64,000 nt of DNA from Lama guanicoe. Taxonomy: Eukaryota. The position numbers were made by a program, and so were the translations under genes. Positions 52,701 to 64,000 of the stretch are shown here, piece after piece (the stretch's first letter is position 1; every line of letters begins with the position of its first letter). The notes below the pieces were generated by a model. It was not told the origin of the DNA, searched no databases, and worked only from the letters and a program-made list of their open reading frames with translations. The stretch spans positions 220,676 through 284,675 of the forward strand of contig MU053629.1 in assembly GCA_013239625.1 (NCBI GenBank). The letters are read 5' to 3'.

Positions 52701-55700
52701 CCAAGAATATAGCTAGAACCTTTCCCCAGGGCTTGCCCTAAATGTCTCTGAGAAAAGAAACAAGGTTGTCTTCTTGCTCTCTTTCACCTCTCCTCTGCTC
52801 TCTCTCTCTTCCTCCTCCTTGGCAGCCTCCTGCCTCATGCCCAGTTTCTTGGCATCCTCGGCACCAACCTGTCAAAATCCACTTTAAGCTCTTTGCATAA
52901 GAGACCAGAGCATCAGCACTGTAGTCAGAGAAATCCATGGGTTTCCACTTTCCCTTGCAACCTGCTTCCCAGGGGAGGATTCTCTGGGGATTAGGAACAT
53001 GGCCTGTGGTTTATGGGGATCTACACATTTTTCTCCTTTTTTTAGAAAAGAGTAATTAGTGTCACTTCTGAAACCCTGACTTATGAGTGTATTACAGGCT
53101 CTCATCCCTCCTGCTTTGGCACCTGCCCACCGTGGCAGGTGGCATCTCCAACAGCTTGTACTTCTATGATGTCTGGGTGTCTGCCTTCTGGCTTACCGGC
53201 CTTCCCCGCAGTGGATCTCCTTGTGCTCTGCTCTCAGATGCCCAGAGCCTTTATGTTCTGTCCCCTTCTCCCTCCCTCCCTTATTCAGCCCAATCCTCAG
53301 TTACCCTTTGGGAAGTAGTCATGTAACTGTCATGATGGCTAAAATCTTCTTTCTTCTTCTTTCTTCTTCTTTCTTCTTCTCCTTCTCCTTCTTTTTCTTC
53401 TTTTTTAACCAATATTGTGATGGGATTTTTCCTCCTATCTCTGGAGAAGGGTAATGTATCATTTACAAAATCTCTGGTTGATAGATAACTTTGGGCTAAA
53501 CTGAGAGTAAGTATATGGCAGAGGGCGGTGGCTTTCCCAAGATGGCATTTTGGAGGGGGGTGTGTGTGTGTCAGAGGTGGAAGAAGGACTAGAGATGATG
53601 CCATCCCACAGTGAGGCCCAAGTGTACCTTTCCAGGTGATCTAAGTGTCTCGGCAGGATGTCAGGTGAGGTAGGTGTCAGCTGCAGTGTCAGATCTCTGA
53701 AGGTGCCGGCATGTCCCCTGCAGGGACCAGGGTGACTTTCAGGGCTGCTGTGTAAAAGCCTGGAGTAGGGGATGGATGTTTTCTGCTCTTACTCAGGATT
53801 TAAAGACAGACCACAAGGCCTGTCCTCTGGCCCCTTCTCTTTTGCCCATTCTACTGTCTGGTCTTTCCTGAATGGAGGAGAATAAGGGAGGAAAGTTTTT
53901 GAAAATCTGGTGAATACAAAAAAGGAAGAAAATAAAAATCAGTTTTCACCCCAAGTAATAGAAAGCACACTAAAGAAGAAAAGAAGAAAATGTGTATGTA
54001 TATTTGGAGCCCTATTTGCAGGCCCTCAAACCCCTAAGGATGCATGTGGACCCTGGGTCGAGGACTCTTGCTCACGTTGGTTTCCGCAGAGAATGAGGAA
54101 CACTCGACGAGGGTGGAGCTCGTGGTCAGGTGGACACTTATCCTTGATCTCCCCCCTTGTGAGAAGAATCCTGGGGGGTGCGGGGGCTACCGTGAGACTT
54201 CCTTGGAGACGTCCGTGTGATTTCACGGATTGGGCTGGGACTGCAGGAAGAGGGTGTTCAGATGAGTCCTGCTTCTGAGAGTCAAGTTCTGTGTTCCGTC
54301 TCAGCTTCGAGTATAGATGCAGGCCATGGTCGGGGACTGCGGGCTGCCTAAAGGGGGCCTTTCTGGGAAACAGCATTGTAGCGCCGGGCGCTTAAACCAG
54401 TTACTCCTTTCTTAGCAATCTCCTAAAGTGGTACCTGCTCCAGTTGATGGTATCTGAAGGCACCTTAGGGTCCTTAGTGTGGCGTGAGCCCCAGCTCACC
54501 TGGGAGTGTGGGCCCTTCAGATCACTGGGGCAAGCATAGGGAGGGACGGACAGGCTCCTGCTTAAGTCAGGCGATTGTTCCTCTTGGATAGTCAGTGCCC
54601 CTCCTCCCCTTGGTTCTTGTTTCTTCTTATCTCAATCTCCATTACATTCAATGTCCTTGTGAAAGGAGAAAAAAATATTAAGTAGCATCTGTCTACTTCT
54701 ACATATTGACCTTAGAGAGGGCAGGGATACAGGGGAGGTTTGGAATGAGGTACAATTCATGGAGACAAGGCAGGGAAAGAAGTGAGTCTCTACTTGGACG
54801 GCATCCTAGAGGCCTGAAGGGCCAGCAGGTGCTTCCTGTGCCCAGAAAACCCATTTGCCACAGGAGGTAAGAGCAAAGGGAAGGGCAGGTGCACGCTGAC
54901 TGATGTGGGAGAGGTGGTCACGCGCTTCCCGCCCCACTCTCTCAAGTCTTCTTTGATGCAGCATTAAAAGTCAGCTGAGGATACCGTGAGCTAACCCAGT
55001 TGATCTCAGACTTAGAGTTCACGGACAAGTAAATTTAACAACAAAACAAGCAAATTTTTAAAAACTAATGTAGGTTTGACATCTTTGATCTAGCCTACTA
55101 AGGACATATTAACAAAAATTTATAAAACCAAGCAGCTTTGTATTATCAGGTCATTTTATGAAAAACATTTTGACACCATAAAATAGAACTAATTATCAGA
55201 ATACGGAAAAGCCTTTAAAAGGAACAATTTGGCTTTAAAACTCAGTACATGGTTTGAACTTTCCTCCTTTTGCTTGCTTCGGTGGAAACATTTCCCTGGC
55301 TCCTCCTCAGTCTTTGGACCGGCATTTAGCATCCACACCACCAATCCAGCTCCTGCCCCTCAGAAACCACCTCAGTCTCACACACCCTCTGTGCCTCTCC
55401 GAGCCGCCTGTAAGGCACAGAGGCTCAAATTCAGTGGGTTTACACAGGTCTGTTTCCCTTCTCTAGGGGAAAGGGAGGTGATGCCCTTCAAAAACCCCTA
55501 TTTACAAAAGAAATGTTCTGTGTCCTCATCCTGCCCGGCTCTAAGACATGCCACCCCGACCACAGGAGGTATCTGGGGGGGGGGTCTAGAATCTGTGTCC
55601 CACGACTTGCTCGAGACTTTGTATGAAATACAGCAGCTTGTTTCTTGCTCTCCCAGCTACTGCCTGTGCACTTTTTTCTCCTTTGTTAGCCGTCACCTCC

Positions 55701-58700
55701 TAGGTATCCATTTTCTCCCTCCCACCTGTGCGAAACCAACTTCAAGTTGTCATTTTTCCAAGAGGCCGGGGGCTTCACTAAGGGGAAGATCAAGGCTGCC
55801 TCCTCAACCACTGGTGCTGTGCTGCGCTATTTCCCCGCGGGAGAAACCAGGGCCCATCAGGAACGTAGCCTGAGGCTCTTGGGGATCTGCGCTTTTCTCT
55901 CACTCGTGGGAGGGGTTAACAGTATCATTTTTGAAATGATCTGATTTATAAATAGATTATAGGACCTTGTCCTGCAAACGTGAAGCTCTGCCACGTTCTC
56001 CGCAGAGAGTGTCTCTAGGGTCTGTGGAGGGTTTTCCTGCAGCCTGCCCTAGACCTGCAGAGGAGTTTTGACTACTGATTCCAGCTTCTCCACCTCCCAT
56101 CTTGATGCTGCATCAGTTTCCAGCCCTCCTTCAGGGCCTTCCCCCTCCATCTCCCACTTCCCTATCAGAACCAGCTTTCATCCATCCTCAGAGAAGGGAC
56201 CAGTTAATGAAAGTGAAAAATGTGCACAAAGTCCCCAACCCCTCTTATTTCCCCTTTCCAAGCTGTCGCCAAAGAGAGAGTGCAGCCACCGAGGATCTGG
56301 CCTGAGGTACCCAGCCGTCTGCGCTTTCCCCTGTCATAGGACAGAAGGAACTGGTGTCGCTTCTGAAACCCCCGACCACGGGTGGGACTTCATGCGCTCT
56401 GCTTTGGGAACTGCCACCCTCCGCAGGGAGGAGGATCTCTAGGTTTGTGTAGAATCTTTTTTCAGGGACTGCCCTTGATCTATTTATGAAATAAAGAAGG
56501 TTGGTTTTTTGGGCCTTCACCTCCCCACTAAGCCCTGCCTTCCGTGTTTTTCACTCTCCTAATGCGAGCTACAGCTTCTTGGGATGCTCACTTCAACTAT
56601 CAGCTATCCTTTGGCGTAAGGCCAGCATAACTCACGTTAAGGTGGGAAAAGCATGCAGCTCTCCATTCTGTCTATTCAGACTGTACAACTGAGGGGTCCA
56701 GTGAGCGAGACCCAAATTTGTAAGTGACCTGAACTTTTCCCACTCGCCGGGTGAGAAGTGTTATAGGAAAGGTCATTGGCACCACTTTTGAAATCTCTGA
56801 CTTCACAGACATGGACCTCTATGTTGTCCCACTGTCCCGCTTTAGAATTCTTTTCACTGATAACTAAACTTTGTTTTCTTGCTCTTTTACCTCCCCTTCG
56901 CTAAGATTTTGGCAGATGTTCTGTCTTCTCCCCACTTTTAAATCGTTTGGGGAAAACACCAGATAACTCAGAATAGGATAGAAAAGATTCATATTTTTTC
57001 CTTTTGAAACAGTGACAGTTCTTAGAACCAAAGCAATAAAGTTCTAATGATTGCGTATCAGGCACCTCTGCTTGGGATAACCCTTGGGGAAGCGCAGTTG
57101 TGGAGGAGGGGGGCTGTGAGTCACCTGCCTTTGGGGAGTATGCCCTGGTGGCTATGGGGACTCATCCTGAGTCAACCAGTCTGTCCTGAGAGCTTCCTGG
57201 GGTCTTAGGAAAAGGAAGTCCACAGGGTAGCTATGCCTACAGGTTTATACGCCTTTGGTTTCATAAGAGGTTTCATTTGCCTCGTCCTGAAACTGCTCTC
57301 CGAGGTTTTTTTTTAATAAGACCCTAAAAAGATCTACATTTTTAAAAAGGCTGGCATTCAGTTGTTCAGCAAAGATTCTGAGATAAAACTGCAAGTAGTT
57401 CAGCTACAAAGGTGCTGGAGGACCTAGAATGTGCTAGAGAAGACCTGTTTTGGTTCTGATTCTGCCATTTTCCAGCAACATGGAATGGGCCCCTGAACTT
57501 TTTGATCCTCTATTTCCTCATGGACAAAATTGGTTTACTGCTACTAACCACACAGTGTTGGAAGGTTAAAAGGCTCTCTCTAGGGTGAGAAACATAACGT
57601 TCCTTGTCCCTGTAGCACTGTGGCTTGAGTGCTGCCAGTTCACATGGGCACATCCTTGTCCCCCATGGCGCTTCCATCCTCTCTGACCATACTGAAGTTT
57701 CTACTTCAGTGTCTGAACCTATACTCCGTAGACACTGACGGGCTCTATGTGGTCTGCAGAACTCCTGAAACTGCCTGCAGAAGTGTATTTGTATGTGTGG
57801 GGAGGATTTTCTGGGGAGAATATTCATAGGTTTCGTTGGATTCCCCAAAAGATTCCAACATCTAAAGAGTTTCAGATTTGGAACTCGAGAGTTCAACCTT
57901 TGAATTCATCAACAGAAGTCACTCTCATCTTGTGAGTCTAAGGTTCTAGCAAATTTAATGGTGGTGTCTGACTGTGAGACAGGATACCTGAAATTGTAAC
58001 AATGAGGAAAAATCTGTGACGTGCTCACTGGCATAAGATTATGCAGTTGCCTACAAGCTGAAGGGCAAGGCTGCAAGTCTGCCTGTGTTATGTTATTGTC
58101 AGCTGTCTGACCCTGAGCAAGACTGTTCCTCTCCCTGACCTTCAATGACCTTGTGCGTAAAATGACGGGATGAGCCCATGGTTTCCCCAAGTCCCTCTAC
58201 AACTCTAAAATAATATAACTCTCTTAGGAAGCAGGATGAAAGCAGACCTAGATTCCTCCTGTAAATGAAAAAGAGCTGCAAGGAAAAGGTGCTTTGTGCC
58301 TAAGGTTTCTAGATTCCAGGGACTTCGTCCATGAAAATGATCTGAGAGCGAGTCTGCTGCTCAGAAAGTTCCAGGGTGAAGGAAGCAGGAGGACTGCTCC
58401 AAGAACCTCTGATAAACCAGACACTGGATGGGCCCCCTATGCTGAGACCCGGGATGGAATCGTCGGGGTTACTTCTCTGCAGGGCATGGCCTTTCCCGGC
58501 CATCAGTGCCTGAGCCAGAAGACATTCCTGAGTGTGTCTTCAGACTTGCACCATCAGTGGCTGGCTGGGGAGCATCAACACTTCCCTGCAAACAGCTGAG
58601 TGCTCATGTAAGTCCAAGGGGACCACTAACACAACAGGAGGGGAGCCTGGGCAGCAGAAAGCAGGGCCTGCCAGCAGCCAACTCCCAGGCTGGAAAAAGG

Positions 58701-60498
58701 GAAGCAGAAGCCTCTGAGAAATGTGCTCTCGTGCTCTGCTGGGTCAAGTGGATCTTCTATGAGTTTATGATATGTTACCTGACTTGTTGCTAGGTAATGA
58801 TTTAGCTTTTCAAAATATACCCACAGATCATTACTATTTCTAAATAGCTTCAGGATAGTCATTACTACCCATTTTCACTTAAAAAGAAATGAATTTTAGG
58901 GAAAGGGGATAAGGGCAGACAGATTCCATTCAGGGAAAAGGAGTGGGGGCTGTATCTTAACACTGCCATTCCCGTCACTAAGGTGGATGACTTTTGGATG
59001 TCAAAGACAGGTGAAAAGGAGTAGTGTGTTTGCCACAACTTTCCTGAAAGGGAGTGTGGAAAAGAAATCAAAAGGCCTCTTGACAAGCGGAAAGAGGAAA
59101 CCACGTGCTCCACAGCATTGCCATCCACACTCCACCTAGGCTACACAGATGGAGCACCTCTCTCCTCCACTTTCAACAGCCTGGACATTTTTTAAAAAGA
59201 TTTTTTAAAACATTTATATGGTCTCATATAGCATCAAGAAATTGGGAGAAATTTAGAGTAAAAAGCAAAATGTCCCATTTAGCTCCTATCCTTCCAAAGT
59301 AACAACTGCCAACAACCTCTTGTCCATCTTTCATGTCTTTTCTGTCTTTACATACATGCATGTATGTACATACACTCCACTCTACTCATTTTTGAGATGA
59401 CTGCTTGTCTGTGTAGGTGGGTCTTTCTCCTTTCTTGACAGCTACATGCTACTCTATAAAATACACTGATAGGTCCTTAGGTTGTTACCCTGTTTGGGTC
59501 ATTACAAGGACATCCACCTCGATAGCCTATTTTTTTGTATATGTGCAAGTCCACTATCTCTTAAAAAGGAGTGGGAAGTCACATGGATTTAAAACAGCTA
59601 CTCATTATATGCTTTTCCTTTATAAAGGAAGAACTCTAAACTATTCCATTCAACACCTGCCTTCTGACTTAAGAACACAGAACATTCATTATTTTCAGTC
59701 ATAAAATATTCAATTTAAAAAAACTAATTTACTTACTACACATAGGATACATAGCAGAGAAATAAAGAGGAAAATAAATAAGCAAGGGAAAAACAGATAA
59801 AATCTTCATGATTTCTAAACATCTGTGAAGCAAAAATCTAGTATATTATACTAAACACAAAAATACCTTCTCAGCTTTTAAATTTCAAGATGGGTAGATT
59901 TCAATTGATATATATTATACTCTGTTCATTGAAAAAAAAAAGAGTACATCTTTTCAAAAGCCCTTGAAATGTTCACAAAACTGATCATTTATCATACCAC
60001 AAAAAAACTCAATAAACTCCCCAAAGTAGAAATATTGTATCGAAAATTGCATAGATAATATACTCTAAATTAACAAAACTAAAGAGATTAAAAAGACCAT
60101 CACATGGAAAACATCTGGCGTCCCTTAGCTCTGAGTACAGCAGGGAATGAACACTAAAACTGTAGAATATCCATAAAATAATCACAGGGAAAGCAGCCAC
60201 TATCATAACCTGTAGGATTCTGCAGAAGCCTTTCTCTGAATAAAATATGAACTTTATTTCATAGACGTAAATTCTTCTAGTAAATAAAAATAATTACCAA
60301 ATTATGCATTCGGCTCAAAAATCTGGAGAACAGGAAGAATTTGTTAATAAATATTAAAATGGAAAGCATTACAGTAAATAAAGCAGGAAAAGGACAGAAC
60401 TAATAAATACAAGAGCTGGTTCTTTGAAAGATTAAAAAGTAGATTAACTTTTTGAAAAACAAATTATACAACCTAATCAGTGAAAAGAATGGGTACAA

Positions 60499-60649
60499 CA
60501 GGATCTTGTGGTGGCTCACAGCGAGAGAGAATGTGACAGTGAATATACGTATGTTGATGTATGACTGAAAAATTGTGCTCTACACTGGAATTTGACACAA
60601 CATTGTAAAATGACTATAACTCAATAAAAAAAAGTTTATATAAAAAAAA
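60499..60649 (+). mobile_element. Young camelid-type L1 3' fragment with TSD
   Basis: Matches 10701-10927; TSD GAAAAGAA(TG/CA)GGTACAA at 60482-60498 and 60650-60666. Confidence 0.88.
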
Positions 60650-61190
60650 GAAAAGAACAGGTACAAATACCCAAAAGACGAAGCAGTAAGAAAATTAAGC
60701 ACCAAAAAATATGTAGAATCGCAACTGATTCTCTTACTGAGCTCTAGGCAAATGTATTTGAAAATGTGAGTGAAATAATTTTCCAGGAAACTGTCAGAAA
60801 GAAACCACTACCCTCCAAAAATGCACTGGGCCCAGACAGTTTCACAGAGTAGTTCTACACAAACTGTAGGGAACAATCTAACACATCCAGAACTTACAAA
60901 AACAAGGAAAGCTATCACCAAGAAAAAAAAAAATTGAAGGAAGAATAACATTAATGGCAGAGAATCTAGGATGGCCAAAACTCTTTTTCAAATGAACAAT
61001 AAAACTGAAGAACTTGTCCTGTTTGGTTTTAAGATTTAGGAAAGAGCTGTAGCGATGAAGGCAGTGTGGTATCGGCACAAAGGTAAACATACAGATGCAG
61101 GGAATATGAGAGAAGTAATACCACATATACACGGCCAAATGGTCTTCCAGAGCAGTTCCACGGGAAAGGAGAATCTTTTCAACGTGGTGC

Positions 61191-61564
61191 TGTCACCAGT
61201 AAAGCCCACCAGCAAAGTCCCGGAAAAATAAGAATCTATGAAGGTCTAACCTCTTCTTTTGTCCTTAGACTGATGCCACGTGCTCAGCCGAGGAAGCGCT
61301 GCGCATGTGCACTCCGTCCCTCAGCTCAAGGTGGCGACACTGCCGGCTGGGAGGTGAGCTGTACGCATGCGTCTGCCTGGTGCGCACTCAACCCCCTCCC
61401 CCCGACAAGATTTCTGAGCGTGGACCCTGGAGCCTGAGCTCCGGCCTCTCCACTCTCTTAGCAAAGAAGAAAGCTTTTCTTTGTTTCTGAACCAGACCCC
61501 GTCTCCAGTCCCACACCGGGCAGGAGGACCCTTACTGGGGACCAACTCTAAAGGTCCAACGACT
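61191..61564 (+). mobile_element. Probable ERV solo LTR inserted in L1
   Basis: ~370-bp CpG-rich segment starting TGTCA that splits the L1 motif TCTTTTCAAC..GGTGC|..CTGGATAT; LTR-like 3' part GGACCC..GGGGACCAAC. Confidence 0.6.
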
Positions 61565-62001
61565 GGCTGGATATTTGTGTGGGAAAAAAATGAAATTCCA
61601 CCCTTATCCCACGTTATGCACAAAAATTAATTCAAAATGTATCATAAACCTGTATGTAAGGGCTAAATCTTCTCGATTTTACAAGAAAACAGCGGGGAAA
61701 CTGTGACCTTGGCTAGGCGAAGATTTCTTAGATATGTTGTCCAAGAACTGTAACAATAAGAAAATTTTGATAAACTAGTCTTAATCAAAATTTTAAACTT
61801 TAATTCTCCAAAAGACACCATTAAGAATGTAAAGATAAGCCACTGACTGGGAGAAATTATTTGCAAAACATAATAACCAACAGAGGATTTATATAGACAT
61901 TATGTAGTGGACTTTTATACCTCAATAAGACAACCCAATTTTAAAAGTGGGCAAAAAAGTTGAACAGATGCTTCATCAGAGAAGATAATATGAATGGTAA
62001 G

Positions 62002-62453
62002 TAAACAGGGAAACAGCTTCGCCCTGGTGCCCTGGCAACCCCACAGGCAAAAGCTTGAACAACAGCTTATCCGAGTCTTGACATAATGCCTTAGGGTACT
62101 CCCAGAACAGGAGAGGATGGGAGGCTTGTGAGAAGTTCAAGGCAATCTCTCCTGGAAGACCCCACTTCATCAGAATAGGGTTGCAGAATATAAAACCTCA
62201 GCTATAGTCTAGAATTGGCTCCTTAGCAGTGGAGTTTCCCATATTTTACATCACAATCATCCAGCCCCTCTGGTCTCTGTATCATGCTTTGTGGCAAGAA
62301 CCACGGGGCAAGGACCACGGGGAGCTGGCATCTTTGGTTTATTCTTCCACTCACTACCTACATAAGTAATTGTCTAAACTGAAAAGTGGCTCATTGTATC
62401 CTTACAAGTTGAATCATGCAGGCCTTGGCTTTGTCTGGTGTGTGAACCTGACA
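62002..62453 (+). mobile_element. ERVL solo LTR (MER74/MER54-like) inserted in L1
   Basis: TATAAAA at ~62189, AAAAGTGGCTCATTGTATC..GGCCTTGGC..TGACA end; flanks GTAAG/ATAAG; splits the L1 motif GAATGG|ATAAGTACAT. Confidence 0.7.
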
Positions 62454-63105
62454 ATAAGTACATAATAAAAGCTCAACTTCTTTGGTTATCAGGGAAATGC
62501 AAATAGAAGCCACAGTGAGACGACACCACTACACACCTATTAGAAAGGCTAGAATCAGAAAGACTGACCATACCTAGTATTGGAGAGGATGAGCAACTAA
62601 AACGCCCAGAACTTCAGAGGGTATACAAAATAGTAAAACTATTTGGGAACAATATTTTGGCAATTTCTTAAAAAGTTAAACATACACCAACCATATGACC
62701 CAGCCAGTCTGCTCTCAGCTCTCAGCTGTTGACCCAAAAGCAATGAAAGCATATGTCCACACAAAGACTTCTATAGCAGCTTTATTTGTAATAGCTAAAA
62801 ACTGGAAATAACCCAAATGTCCATCAACAAGTAAATGGAAAAAACAAAGTGCAGTACATTCAAATAAAGGAATATTACCCAGCAATAAAAAAGGATCAAA
62901 CTATTGATAACAGAATGAAATCATTAAACCATACCAAAGATAGTACATGTTACATAAGTTCATTTATATAAAATTCTAGAAAATGCAAACTAATCTACAG
63001 TGACAAAAAACAGATTGGTGGTTACTTGGGGATGGGAGGTGAAGGAGGGAAGTTTGGATTACAAAGCATCATGAGGAAACTTAGAGTGATACCTTCATTA
63101 TCTTT

Positions 63106-63420
63106 TTTTAACATTTTTTATTGATTTATAATCATTTTACAATGTTGTGTCAAATTCCAGTGTTCAGCACAATTTTTCATTCATTCATGGACATATACAC
63201 ACTCATTGTCACATTTTTTTTTCTCTGTGAGTTATCATAACATTTTGTGTATATTTCCCTGTGCTATACAGTGTAATCTTGTTTATCTATTCTACAATTT
63301 TGAAATCCCAGTCTATCCCTTCCCAACCTCCACCCCCCTGGTAACCACAAGTCTGTATTCTCTGTCTGTGAGTCTATTTCTGTCCTGTATTTATGCTTTG
63401 TTTTTGTTTGTTTGTTTTTG
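63106..63420 (-). mobile_element. Young camelid-type L1 3' fragment with perfect 18-bp TSD
   Basis: Reverse complement of the 10701-10927 type; TSD GATACCTTCATTATCTTT at 63088-63105 and 63421-63438. Confidence 0.92.
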
Positions 63421-63564
63421 GATACCTTCATTATCTTTATTGGAGGGATAGCTTCATGGATGCATACATATGTCAAAACTCATCAAATTGTACACTTAAA
63501 ATGTGCAGTTTATTGTATGTCAACTATAAATTAAGCCATACAAAAATGCAACCTCATCTAATTT

Positions 63565-63750
63565 AAGTCACTCTGGCTTCTGTGAGAAAGGCCCGGGGGT
63601 TGGGGGAGGCAGGTAAGAGCAGAAGCTGGGTGGGGGTCGTTAGGAGGCTGGTGCAGTCATCTGGGTGACAGATGCTGATGGCTGTGGTGATAGTGGAAAT
63701 GGAGGGGAGTAGACAGATTTAAGACATATTTTGAGACTTAGAAAGACTTG
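63565..63750 (-). mobile_element. L2 fragment
   Basis: GTCACTCTGGCT..TTAGGAGGCTGGTGCAGTCATCTGGGTGACAGATG..GATTTAAGACATATTT. Confidence 0.6.
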
Positions 63751-64000
63751 CTATTTTCTCTCTTGAGACACATACCTTCTAAGCTAGCTATGAGGAACCC
63801 TGAGCCACATATATGGGTTTCAGCTGACAACTCCTGCTTCATGGAGGTGACATGATAGGAGAGAAACCCAGGGCACTCAAGGTGGTGGACCTAATAACAC
63901 TCTACCCCCATAAAATTTGGACCCCAAAAGCGAATGGAAGGTCCACAGAAGCACTACCACTTCCCAACAGACGGCAAAGCAAACTGCCTCCCTTAAACTG

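Larger units (their letters stand above)
59820..63545 (+). mobile_element. Old degraded L1 (L1M) hosting four later insertions
   Basis: AAGAGCTGGTTCTTTGAAAGAT, GGCCCAGACAGTTTCACAG, GACTGGGAGAAATTATTTGCAAA, ATATGTCCACACAAAGACT, CATATGTCAAAACTCATCAAATTGTACACTT. Confidence 0.85.

Noticed and set aside
55229..55873. 214-aa ORF
   Set aside because: TTG start, no recognisable homology or splice context; plausible by chance in 64 kb.
1..64000. CRISPR array, prokaryotic system, NUMT or rRNA
   Set aside because: No regularly spaced repeats, operon-like ORF density, or mitochondrial/rRNA-like sequence seen; the repeat content is eutherian.

Overview
Mammalian genomic DNA, very probably camelid (two Vic-1-type tRNA-derived SINEs and a camelid-type young L1 3' end in three copies). 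One protein-coding gene is supported: C2CD4B on the minus strand (CDS 15279-16391, 370 aa) inside a CpG island, with a TATA box, a short non-coding exon 1, a 190-nt intron and an AATAAA just after the stop. The rest is intergenic DNA with L1, L2, MIR, LTR and hAT remnants; the other listed ORFs look like chance ORFs. The most interesting signal is a non-repeat orphan CpG island at ~36.6-37.1 kb, about 20 kb upstream of C2CD4B, with five MYB sites (YAACKG), a CCAAT box and a GC box but no coding gene. This is the layout of an A-MYB-driven bidirectional pachytene piRNA promoter. From recalled synteny (not checkable here), the position matches mouse pi9 and the human 15q22 piRNA locus. It is a known class of system, and its activity here is inferred, not demonstrated. 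Repeat family names and many boundaries are by-eye estimates.
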